A stretch of 64,000 nt of DNA, taken from contig RHPI01002069.1 of NCBI GenBank assembly GCA_009103225.1, positions 1,946,846-2,010,845 of the forward strand. Reading direction: 5' to 3'. Numbering within the stretch: the stretch's first letter is position 1; every line of letters starts with the position of its first letter. The position numbers and the translations under genes are program-made. The notes under the pieces were generated by a model, which ran no database searches, was not told the DNA's origin, and saw nothing but the letters and a program-made list of their open reading frames with translations. This stretch comes from Chlorokybus atmophyticus (taxonomy: Eukaryota > Plantae > Mesostigma and Chlorokybus algae). Shown in pieces: positions 24,111 to 35,757 of this stretch.

Positions 24111-24477
24111 GCATCGCAAACCGGGTTCAGTGCTAACCGGGGGTAAACCCGATATCAGAGCTGCACGTCGCCTACAGTTGATATCTCACGCGTCTGTCTG
24201 CGTTAAGTGTCTTATGTAGACTTCATAGAGCGGACGAATTCAGTGTTTGAACGTCACACATGCGGCCAAGCGTCATCGGCGGCGGCGGTGCGCCCAGCCA
24301 CGACGTCCACAGTGTTGGAGGGGGCGTTTTTACTTGCCTCTTGCGTTGTTGAGCGCTGGATCTTGCAAATTGCACGCGTAAAGGGTGGCTCGTTCTCGAG
24401 TTGTTCATGTGTGTGCAGCATGCTAGTAGCGCCGGCGTGCATGGCTGGCATAGGTGCTGGCCAGTGACGTTTTCGCC

Positions 24478-27400
24478 ATGACCACCAGAGGGCCTGCGCT
24501 TGTCTGCTACCAGTGCAGCGGCGAGGAGTTTGCAGCTGGAGCTGATGGGCATCTTGCCTGTGTTGCATGCGGGGTTCAAAGCCAGGTTGCTTCTTTGTTC
24601 AGGCTGCTTGCTGTGCGCTAGCGAAGACGCTTGCCCAATTTGCAATCATCATCATCATCATCATGCCTCACTGAGATTTGATTGTTCCCTGGACGTACAA
24701 GGCGTTGCGGTCTTGTTGATGTGCATGTCACTTTGCTAATAGTCAAACGGAGTGGTCTGTGGGTTTCAGGACTTTGTGGAAGAAAGGCACGATGAAGAAT
24801 TTGGGGCACGGCGCACGCTTGAGAAAAACGTGTCTCGCAAGAGGGAGAGAAGGGCTCTCAAAATCAAACAGGACGAAGAGGAGGAGCACGTGCCTGCTGA
24901 GGACGTGGCACGGGCATATTGCAAGGCGTTGCAATCCATGATCCAGGCAAGTTTGCTTGGTATGCAACACGTAACGCGTACTATGGAGAGATTGTCCACG
25001 CACATACTCACAGCTTCAATACGTGCAGATGGTGTGCGAAGCACTGATCAACAAGTTCAATGTTGACGTGCGCCTGCTTGGCGTAACGGGCCAGTTGTGG
25101 CTGTCGCTTGTGCGGCAGTCACAGGTTCTTACGCCTCAATTCATTGAGTAAGCCGTTGCAACTGTCAGTGAGGTCGCAACTGAATACCAATGTCCTCCAC
25201 AATTACCAAGTTTAGCCCGCCTTCAGTTAGTTCTGACTGCAGGCAAGCAATACAGGAAGCATTGGCTGCGCAGCAACCTGCAGACAGTAAGCATTTGTAC
25301 TGCATCATGCCCTGGTGTAAGGGTCAACCTCTGAAGACAACCATGACAGGATGGGACAAGCTGTTTGCGCCTACGCTTGCGCTGCGTCTGGACGATGCTG
25401 CTGACACAAACAGAGATGAGGGTGGTGAAGCCAGCGACATTGAGACTGAAGACGAGGTTTGCGCTGAGTACCTGAGCCCATGGCCAGTTCTTCGTGCAGC
25501 AGTGCACATTGTATAACACCACTCCTCGCTGTACAGGACAATAACATTCAACTGGCTCAGAACGACCTAATTCAAAACCAGCCTGCAAGCATTGCTGATT
25601 TCGCCAGTCTGGTCCGTGCTGCTTTACCTGTACACTGTGCAAGCTTAGGCTGCGTTGCAATCAATGTGGCTAGGCAATGATGAAGTCTTTCCCGTGTTGT
25701 AGCATGCACCAGGTCACATGTTCTTGCGCTGTTCGCGACTGTGCTCACTGCTAGCCTGTGCAGAGAAGGACAAGGAGACAAAGCATCTTGCGCATTGCTT
25801 TGAACAGGCGGTTGCCACTTTCCCTGATGCTAGCGCTACCAAAGCTGGCTTGTGACTTTCTGCGTGAACCGTATACATCCACTGACTTTGTACGATGGGC
25901 CCTTACTGGACAGGTCCCATTCTTCACTGCGCATGTCAACACTGAACGCGACAAGTTGCAGCATTTGGTATCCCTGGTTCCAACATTCGCACCAAGCCCA
26001 AGGCAGCTGGATGCACTGTCAAAGCGCTTGGCACACCGCTTACAGCTGACACTGCCGCTTGTGCCACATCGCCTTGTGGCAGCGCGCTTTTTACAGGAGT
26101 TGCAGCTGTCATCAGCTCTAGGCAAGCCCTGAGATCCGCTTCACTTGCAAGCTTGTTTACGCTTTGTTTGCGGTGGAACTGCATGCGCAGACTGGCAAGC
26201 TGTTGCAGGTGCATACATGGAGCGCTTATTTGACATGCATACCCCTGCTGCGCTGCTGCCTAGCTACCAAGACAGCAGAGCAGCAACATCCCCACAGCTT
26301 GCCATCATAGCATGTGTCGTGCTGGTTTGGCGACTTGTCTATGGGCTGGGCTCCGGCAAGGCTGGTCCACCCTGCCCATCAGCCAGTTGGGCTGATTGGG
26401 CGAAGGGCGTGTTGGAGACTCAGCCTAATCTTGTTGGACTCTTGGCACCACGGTATGTCCTTATTGTTTGCGGCTGAATTGCAGATGCCTTGGCATAACG
26501 GCAGTTGCTACTTATGCTGGCAGGGAGTATCGCGACGTACTGGATGAACGACTGCATAACTACCTCGGTTTTTGCAAGAACAGTATGTTCTTTGGCAGCG
26601 CAGTCCCCGCAGGTACAGAAGTACCCTACCTGTTCAAGATAAGTGGGTTGTGGGCCTTATGATGCATCTCAGGATGTGAAAGACGAAAGCCTGTGTGTTG
26701 TATGTATTTGAGTAGAGTGGTTGTCCTTTAGCTGTCTGCTACACATCATAGCTGCACAGCTATCTACAGGCATCTTCCCTGCTGCAGACTGATGCCCACT
26801 TTGCATGACAGAGCTTGCAACTCTGCAGCAGAGTATGCAAGAGCTTGGGCCTCCCCAACCAGCTGGTCCTAGCAATTCAAACCGTGTGGCTCACACGCTG
26901 ACTAAGGCATCGGACAGCGCCCTTGCTCAGAGGAGGTAGCTATGCAACGTTTTGTAGTAGTAAATATTCACGCGTCGGCATATGAGAATCCATTCTTGAG
27001 TCCACAATATTCACAGTATTCACAGTATTCACAGTATGCAAAGGTTGCTTGTGTGCAGTAGCGTGTTGTTTCTGAATTGCAAGCAAATGATGACATTAAC
27101 TGGCTGGTATGCGTGTTGCAGGTATGTAAGCACAGCCATTGACCTGCGCCAGCAAATTAGAAGACAGTCTGGCAACTCAAAGGCTGAATCCGAGGACTAT
27201 GTGGCTGTCATCGTGGCATGTGCTTGTCATATCTGGGTAAGTGTAATACTGGTGGAGGCAAGAGGTGTTGTTGGATGCATTTCATGTTTGGAACACAATG
27301 GCTGGAGAAGTGTGAATCTTTTGCTGACGACTTCAATGATTGCACACAGGTGACACCGTTTGTACTTCACCTTGAGGTGCAGCGTTTGGAAAACTTGTTA

Positions 27401-28306
27401 TCAAAGCTGGAAGAGTTATTGCAAGCTGCAGCCGCTGGGCCAACACCACCATTACCTGCTCACAAGAACTCGGGCATTGGTCGAAAGCGTGCAAAGGTCA
27501 GCTGTTGCCAATCTGGAGCTTTGGGCTGGTTAGTTAACACAGCAGCTGTTTTCTAGTCGTAGCCTGTTGCAGGCCATGACTGCTATTGTGCTACATCAAC
27601 CAGTGCAGCGATAAAAAGGGTTGCCACCGTGTTAGGAAGGGCTGCCACAATAGTCGTCACACCAACATTGACGTGATGCACGTTACAATTTGCATCAGTC
27701 CCATCTTCCCACTTCTGGCTACGCATCGGGTTTACCTACGTTTTACTCCATGTTTGACGCCCGCTTTCTCGTACGTGCCTTCTGTTGTATTACCTGCAGC
27801 AACCAGCAACCACTAAGCGTGTCAGAGCACACCTGCCAAGTGCGCTGCGCCCATCTGAGGTTACACGCACCACACGCCGCAAGAAAGCGGTGTTTCCGAC
27901 AGAGGCAGTGGATGCGATGCGAAGCTGGTTGGATGCCAATCCAAACAAGCCGCTGCTTGTGAAGGTAGTTTGCTGCGTTTCTGTGTAGGTGACTGACCTT
28001 ATGATGTCGCTTATGGTATGCACTGCAACGTATGCAGGCAGATATAGATGCTCTCACCGAACAGACTGGATTGAGTTCTGGCCAAGTGAGAAGGTGGTGT
28101 GACACACAAAGGGTATGTGATGGCGCGCGTTGATGTAATGCTTTCTCTTTGTGATGGAGGGATTAAAGTCGGGGGCTTGCAGAAGGTGTAGCAGCATACC
28201 ACTACTTGATGTCACAACATGTCTTACTTCGCATGCACACCTTATTGTAAAGCATATGCAGCGCAAGCGACGTCGGCGGGCGCTGGTGGACTCCCCAGAT
28301 CGGTAG
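24478..28306 (+). CDS. TAF1B: RNA polymerase I initiation factor TAF1B/RRN7 with a C-terminal TALE-like homeodomain (multi-exon)
   Basis: N-terminal Zn ribbon CYQC..CVACGVQSQ; ALQSMIQMVCEAL; LACDFLREPYTSTDFVRWALTGQVPFF; LAIIACVVLVWRLVYGL; C-terminal DYVAVIVACA..LHLEVQRLE. Phase-0 exons 27800-27964, 28038-28112 and 28262-28306 add the homeodomain. Confidence 0.85.
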
Positions 28307-29893
28307 CTTTCTTGGGAGGCCATTTGCAGTGAGTCATCAGTCTACTTGTGGTGCCCAGAGAAGAGTCTAGTTTCTTGTCCAGAGCCACACGTTCCTCGGT
28401 ACGCCCCCCTTTGTGGTCAGCAGTTGTGCACTCGCTTGATGTGTCCTGCAGCATGCTTTGCTGTATGCGCCTGTTTGGATCGCTCAAGGAAAAGGTGCTG
28501 GAGAGTGCTAATGTCTAATTCATGCTGATTCAGCGCTGACGTGCTTTGCAGGCGTGCTGTAGGCAGGTCATGCCAGGCACCTGCAGCTCGGTCGAGCTGG
28601 TGTTTGGTATATCGCGCTTTGTACTTCTACATGGTGTGCGCTGCTCCTGCAGGATATGCTTCCCAGCCAACCAGCACTAACCCGTAGCCTTTCCCCATAG
28701 AGTTGGCGACAGCAGGCAAAGTATGGGCTACTTGGCCTTCTCCGCACCAATGAGCCCCCACTTTGTGTCAATGTGTCAGTACACCTTCTCAGCTGGATGA
28801 GTGCTTTGGGCGTGATGCAGGTGTTACAGGTGTTACAGGTGTGAATCCAGCCAACTTGACAATCAATCAGATGTTGTGATGAATTTCATGAATGCTAGCT
28901 GCTGTTGTGATAGGCCGTTACGAATCAGGCGTTGGGTTGGGGCAGGTGTAGATGGCAGCCAGGTTTAGTCGGAGATGCCTTAGTCTTGACATGGATGTTG
29001 TAGCAGGTAGTTTACTCCAGCAATGGAGGTATGTACAGTAATCAGCTCATGTAAGACGTATACATGTAGTAACTTGAGATTGTCTAAGGGCATGATGCAA
29101 TTGTGTGTACAAACAATGTGAAAAGCAATTGCGCATGTAGATAGTATATGACGCATTTAACACACCTGACACTCAAACGACGTGACGAGGCAGGCGAGAG
29201 AGAGATGGGGGAGGCGCACAGGCAGAGGGGCAGTGAGGGGTATGGAGGGAGCGAGCTGCACTGCTCTGCACCGCACAGCGTATCATGCACTGCATGCGCA
29301 CTGTGTGTGCTACTTCACATGCTGACTACCACGAGTGTTGTACAGGTAATTGTTAGGGCTGCATCAGCTTGCATGCATGCATGCCTCACGGTGGTGGCAG
29401 TAGTGGTTGTAGGTGTGGAGATATTGTAGTGTGCGAAGTAATAAGGTAGCCAGGTGGTGCCATTGACGAAGTTGCCGTGTGCCATGCAATTGCTATGCAT
29501 AGGGTATAAGTCGTATTTCAAACACGCAGTCCATGCATGTTATGTATGTTTTATACAAGAGGTAGTAAGCTGCATGCATGTGTTGTGTTAGCTGTAACAT
29601 ACGATTGCCAGTGTATGCTATGTCATGTATGCTGTGTGTGGCATGCAGTACCCTTTACTCTTCTGTACACTCGCCCCAATGCTACATACACAACCACCAG
29701 GCTAAGCCACACAGCTGCACGCTACCTACCCTTTACGCCTCACCCTACCTCTACGCCACCCTGTCCGTCATGCACTGCAGCGTTTGTTACCTGCACATCG
29801 GCGGTTGCGGTCAGCACTATGTCGACAGCGATGACCATGACTACTAGACTCCTCCCGCCACCAGCAACAGCCGATGTTGCAGCAGCTGTCAGC

Positions 29894-29896
<3 letters not shown>

Positions 29897-29942
<46 letters not shown>
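29897..29942. repeat. (GA)n microsatellite
   Basis: Visible dinucleotide run, followed by an N. Confidence 0.95.
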
Positions 29943-29943
29943 N

Positions 29944-30889
29944 CTTTCGAAACTTTTATTACGCCCGGGGGGGGCAAGGGGGCCTCTTCTTTATCCATCT
30001 ACTTCTCCCCTTTCACATTCAATGAGTTGTATATATGACAACATATTTCAATAATATTATGATATGGTATTTAGCAGAATTATAAGTAAAGCATTTGTTG
30101 TGATACATGATAAAAACTAATCGCTCTTATGCTGAGGGCAAAGTAACTCGGATGCAATTGACACGGTGCTTGTATACAAGTAGGTTAGTGTATTACACGT
30201 TGCACGTATTACCGTAGTGTCACAAAATCTGAAAACAATTTCCGACTTGCCGCTTTCGAAACTTTTATTACGCCCGGGGGGGGCAAGGGGGCCTCTTCTT
30301 TATCCATCTACTTCTCCCCTTTCACATTCAATGAGTTGTATATATAACAACATATTTCAATAATATTGTGATATGGTATTTAGCAGAATTATAAGTAAAG
30401 CATTTGTTGTGATACATGATAAAAACTAATCGCTCTTATGCTGAGGGCAAAGTAACTCGGATGCAATTAACACGGTGCTTGTATACAAGTAGGTTAGTGT
30501 ATTACACGTTGCACGTATTACCGTAGTGTCACAAAATCTGAAAACAATTTCCGACTTGCCGCTTTCGAAACTTTTATTACGCCCGGGGGGGGCAAGGGGG
30601 CCTCTTCTTTATCCATCTACTTCTCCCCTTTCACATTCAATGAGTTGTATATATAACAACATATTTCAATAATATTGTGATATGGTATTTAGCAGAATTA
30701 TAAGTAAAGCATTTGTTGTGATACATGATAAAAACTAATCGCTCTTATGCTGAGGGCAAAGTAACTCGGATGCAATTAACACGGTGCTTGTATACAAGTA
30801 GGTTAGTGTATTACACGTTGCACGTATTACCGTAGTGTCACAAAATCTGAAAACAATTTCCGACTTGCCGCTTTCAAAACTTTTATTAC
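29944..30889. repeat. 309-bp tandem repeat, 3 copies plus a 19-bp partial
   Basis: Units start at 29944, 30253, 30562 and 30871. Copy 1 differs from copies 2 and 3 at three sites. Confidence 0.97.
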
Positions 30890-31385
30890 CAATTTGGTGG
30901 CATCATATGTAAGTTATGCGTTGTAATGTGTTATCGTTTGGATTGCATACATTGACGGAGTTTTAGACGTAATACAACTTTTGGGCCGCTACTTCTTACA
31001 AGGATTTTGCGGCATCATAATATACGTTATCGTATCATTACTCATCTGTGAATATTCAATTCGCATCAATTGCTTGCAACTTATGTTTTAACAGTTTACG
31101 TGTACAAGACATACACACATCGTAATTCTCATTTGTAACGGCGCTAGGGATCAAGGCGGACTTTGTAGCGGCAAATTAGGGTTTCGCAATGTCCGACACC
31201 GTGAAAGTTTTGTCCTGTAGCATAGCAACCCGACTTGTATGACACGCACATGCCCTTCTCTTGGTCCCACAAAGTCTAGGCCTTTCTGCTGCCAACGAAG
31301 GACTTTTTACACACTACTCTCGAACTCTCTACATGTTCGTACATTAACTGTACGGCTACCTCAAAACCGCTACATCACCCCCTCT

Positions 31386-31880
31386 TTATGCGAAAGCTTG
31401 GGCAACACGGGCACTGACTTCAAAGTCTTCATCAAAGAGGGGTTGAAATAACTCCGCCACCATCTTGTTATAATACGCGCGTCTTTTCGCATAGTTTTTG
31501 TTCCTGTATCGAGGGCAATAGGACTGGTCGTAGCCATACTTGTCATAGTTGTAGTAACGAGGCTCGACCTTGTCGTTGAACTTGAGGGGGTGACGCCGCT
31601 CTGCCTGTCGAGACTGCTTCTTTCCTCTCCCCACTTGAGCATTGAGAGCAACAAAAGGCAATTTTGCACTGACCGGGGGGAAATTGTTGACCTCAAGCAT
31701 GCACTCCACTCGTGTTGCTGCCGCATATGACTTAATCAGGGAAGAACATGGGAACACTGTTGCAGCTTTAAAGATGGCTGGCTTTACACTCGCCCCAAAC
31801 ACACCCATCTTTACCTCCTCTGTAAAGCCTGAATCCGCAAACTTGAGCCGCTGGAAACGAACTTATAATGCAATGTGTAA
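31386..31880 (-). pseudogene. Unidentified coding-like remnant inside the repeat region
   Basis: Open frame of ~165 codons (VRFQRLKF..YYNYDKYGYDQSYCPRY..AQAFA); the downstream continuation is interrupted by TAA/TAG. No family recognised. Confidence 0.35.
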
Positions 31881-32219
31881 CAATCATCGCGGCCATGGTA
31901 GCAAAAGTCGCTACCATGAAAAAAGGCGCAACGTCTGAGTTTGAAGCAGCTCCCGTTGTTATTCGCGCCTCCTCTTAGTCGATGGTTAGCTGCTCTATAA
32001 TGGTGTTGACCATTTCTGCGCTTGAATGAGCTCCGTTACGAACGAGGCAGATGGCCAGCCCTTTTTTTCTGATCCGATGCCGCCGTCATTGTCTCCTCCT
32101 CGCCGCCGCCGCCCTACACCTCTTGCTGCTGCACCATGTGACGGCGCGAGGAATTAATTGCGAAGCTACGTCGCAAATTTTGCACGGTGACTGACCAGGG
32201 ACTGAGGGACTGACGGGTG

Positions 32220-32987
32220 CCTGACCCTACCTAACCCTGCCTGACATGTCACTCCTGAACTGTTGGGTCTGCCGTCGGCTAATGTGGACTGTTGTTGACG
32301 GCCAACCGACGGTCGATGGGTACATGCAACGGCGGCCTGCCTAATATGGCAAGCACGTGACTTACAGTGACGGCCAACCGCCGGTCGGTCATTGTGCCAG
32401 ATGGCGACCTACCTATTGTGGCAAACAAGTCACTTCTCGGTCACTTATAGTAACGGCCGATTGTTGGTCGGCCATTGCGCGGTGGCGACTGCTTTTTGTA
32501 GCAAACAAATCACCTTTTGGTCATCATGTACAGTAACGGCCGACCGTCGGTCGTAGCCTAGCCGGCATGTTGTATGCGCGGAGGCCTGCCTGTTGTGGCA
32601 AGCAAGTCGCCTTTGAGTGACTTGTGGTGCCGGTCGACGTCGGTCGTCACATAACCGTGACACATTATGCGCGGCGACGGTCTTATAGTGACAAGCACGT
32701 GACCAGCAGTTCCTATTTGTCGCCGCGTACTGCCGGCAAGTCGGGAGTATCAATGAATTATTGATAGTTGATTGCATCGTATGATAGTCTATCATACGAT
32801 GCAATTAACGTACCATTGACATAATACGATGCTTCCATTGTGGCAATGGCACAATCGTACCATTGTAATGGTACGATTGTGCCATCGTGTCTTCGGCAAT
32901 TTAAACGCCCAACGGCTTCAACACTGTCAAGTTCAAGTTGGACACTTGACTTGAGCGTTGTGCAGGGGCTGCGGCTGCGGCTGCGGC

Positions 32988-33018
<31 letters not shown>

Positions 33019-33827
33019 ATCGACAGTAGGTGAGTCTGTCCGCTTGTGTGTTATAGTTGTGTTGTGCGCAAGTACACCTGCAGCCCAACCGCCCTTCTTG
33101 CCTCAGGGCGGCGGCTAGACCAACCAACCAGACCAGGCTAGGCCAGGCGGCGGCGGCGGCGCAGTTTGAGAGGCGGCGGCGATGGCGAGGTAAGCTTGCT
33201 TGTGTGTCATGACGTTGTGTTGTTTGCTCAAGCTAACCGCCTTTGCTGCCTCATGGCGACCAGGCCAGGCCGACCAGGCCAGGCGGCGGCGGCGGCGCAG
33301 GAGCGGAGGAGGAGGAGCGGCGATGAAGAATAGTATAGGGATAGTTGCAGTAGTAGTGGTAGACTACTACTGCAGGTACTTGTTGTAGCTTAGTGTAGTT
33401 TACATTGCGCATAGCAACGTTACAATTGTAACAGACTAACTTTATATTATCATATGTGTTTGTCCATAATCACGTTCACAGCATGACACGCACGTGTAGT
33501 ACCTAATCATGATGGAACGGTACCAATAGGTACCTTCTAAGGTACACATCAATAATGACAGGTACCATGAGGTGCCTGTCAGTCACGCTTAGGCAGCGTA
33601 CGATTGCCTGTTAGTTACGCATAAGTACCTGAAAGTGACTGTGTAATTGACCAGCCTGACAGTCGAGCATAGTTATCATACAGTTGCCGGTGCGTAACTA
33701 ACAGGCACCTGTTAGTTACGCACAGTCACCTAATAGGGACTAAATTGTAACGGTTAGGGCCCGATAGTAACGGAAGTTATACTCAGGTGTCTGTATCGAG
33801 ATTACAGGTGGACTGAGCCACGACAGT
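32220..33827 (+). mobile_element. Unclassified interspersed repeat, copy B
   Basis: Homologous to 11713-13121; runs into an N gap at 33834. Confidence 0.7.
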
Positions 33828-33833
33828 CTAGCT

Positions 33834-33993
33834 NNNNNNNNNNNNNNNNNNNNNNNNNNNNNNNNNNNNNNNNNNNNNNNNNNNNNNNNNNNNNNNNNNN
33901 NNNNNNNNNNNNNNNNNNNNNNNNNNNNNNNNNNNNNNNNNNNNNNNNNNNNNNNNNNNNNNNNNNNNNNNNNNNNNNNNNNNNNNNNNNNNN

Positions 33994-34086
<93 letters not shown>
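33834..34086. other. Assembly gap (N 33834-33993) followed by poly-G
   Basis: Seen directly. Confidence 0.98.
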
Positions 34087-34087
<1 letters not shown>

Positions 34088-34299
34088 GGGCTGTGTGGAG
34101 GGCTGGTGATTATTTATCTACTTTCTTCGTGTGATTGGTTGCCGTGGGAAGGTGTTCCCGAGGTGGGCGACCTTCTTAATGTGGTGCTACTGGACTGCTC
34201 CCATGTTACCGCGCCGTTGCACAAAGTGGCACGTGACAATATAGGTTGCATTGCCAACTTGGTTTAAAACATGCTGAAATTGTAAGTTTTTGTGCTTGT

Positions 34300-34995
34300 G
34301 CATAACTGAGTGGCGCCTACAAGCAAGTAAGTCAGTGTGGAACCATCACAATCGGCCACAAGGTGATCGCCGTATCGTGCTTCATCTGCTCAGCCCATTG
34401 CTCCTTGCCGCTCGGCACACGTCGTCTCTGTCACGATCAACAAACTTGTATCTCCATCGAGCATCGACGACCGGGCTCCGATGTCACCAAATTTGACCTC
34501 CGCCCCTTAACCTCCCCCGCCCAATCAGCATGAACTCGGACTGCTCGCGGGATCATAAAGCCCGCATAACGCATAACGCTGAAGACTTCATCGCGCATCG
34601 CATCCTGCCCGACTTTACGCGTGCGCCCCACCGGCCAGTAAATGTGTCCTAGGCCGCATTGACGCGCCATACACATTAGCAAAACCTGCTGCCAAACATA
34701 CAGGATCGTCTAGCATGTCAGCGGCTGCACATAGTACTCTCGCGTGCGCCCCACCGGCCAGTAAATGTGTCCTCGGCCGCATTGACGCGCCATACACATT
34801 AGCAAAACCTGCTGCCAAGCATACAGGATCGTCTAGCATGTCAGCGGCTGCACATAGTACTCTCGCGTTATATCCTGTGTGTCCATCTGCTGCGTGTTTG
34901 TCGTAGTTGTTGTGTAAGCCAACACTGCCCCTATTGCCGCTCCTTGCATTTGGTTTCATTAGGCCCATACTTAGCCCTCTAATGCATACAAACAC
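34300..34995 (-). mobile_element. Possible decayed 3' end of an RLE-type non-LTR retrotransposon, with a 123-bp internal duplication
   Basis: THLL..(shift)..QDAMRDEVFSVMRYAGF..GRRSNLV..GRRCSMEIQV resembles the H..RHDAVRD..AG..RPD..D motif chain. Direct repeat 34621/34744. Confidence 0.4.
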
Positions 34996-35757
34996 ATAAC
35001 TGATTGCATGCTCACTGACCCAGTTCTAGTGTGTGAATACATTCGCATAATCTTACAAGAGTGCAATAGCTTTACTGATTACTGATTAACCACCGTATCG
35101 TCACAACATGATGACCTGTTTGGCTATGTACATAGTGTATTTGTCCTCTATCCCAGGTTTCTGATCATGATTGCTGGTAATGTGGTAATATTGCTATAGA
35201 GGTGATGATGAGTATTGTTTGCCCTGGCTTGCGCATCCCACGCATGGCAAGGCATATGACAAGTGGTGTTAAGGACGAGAGATGGGAAAGGGGACGAAAG
35301 GCCTCGCTCTCTCAAAGCCCATGTTTGGGTGGCATACAATCTCTCTCAAACGCTACCTATAATAACACAGCACGCGCAATGGGTCTGAGAGATGGCCCTG
35401 CCTAAAACAACGTACACCAACCACATTCACCGAGCGCTACCTGTGCAACATACAATATTTGCACAAGTTGGGTGTATCTTATGCTCAGCATGGTGAAGGT
35501 AACCGCACAATGCCGAACATCCAGTAGGTATGGCCAGTGCACTGCGGTTTATTTTCTTGACAAAGAAAGACAGAATGATGCCTCCCGCTTGACCCTACCA
35601 ACTTCATCACTTACTCCGGTGAAAGTGCACTCGTCATACACAACAACATGCCCAGCGCAGCAAATCCTGTACAAGAAAGACACTAACATTGATGGATACA
35701 ACATGTACAAAGCCAACAGCCTAAACGTGACAACAATATCTACAATTGCCAACACAA

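Noticed and set aside
29944-30889. CRISPR array or 5S rDNA repeat
   Set aside because: Units are identical with no spacers, there is no 5S sequence or Pol III boxes, and the context is eukaryotic.
32225-32240. CTAACCCT telomere-like motif
   Set aside because: Single unit, no array.
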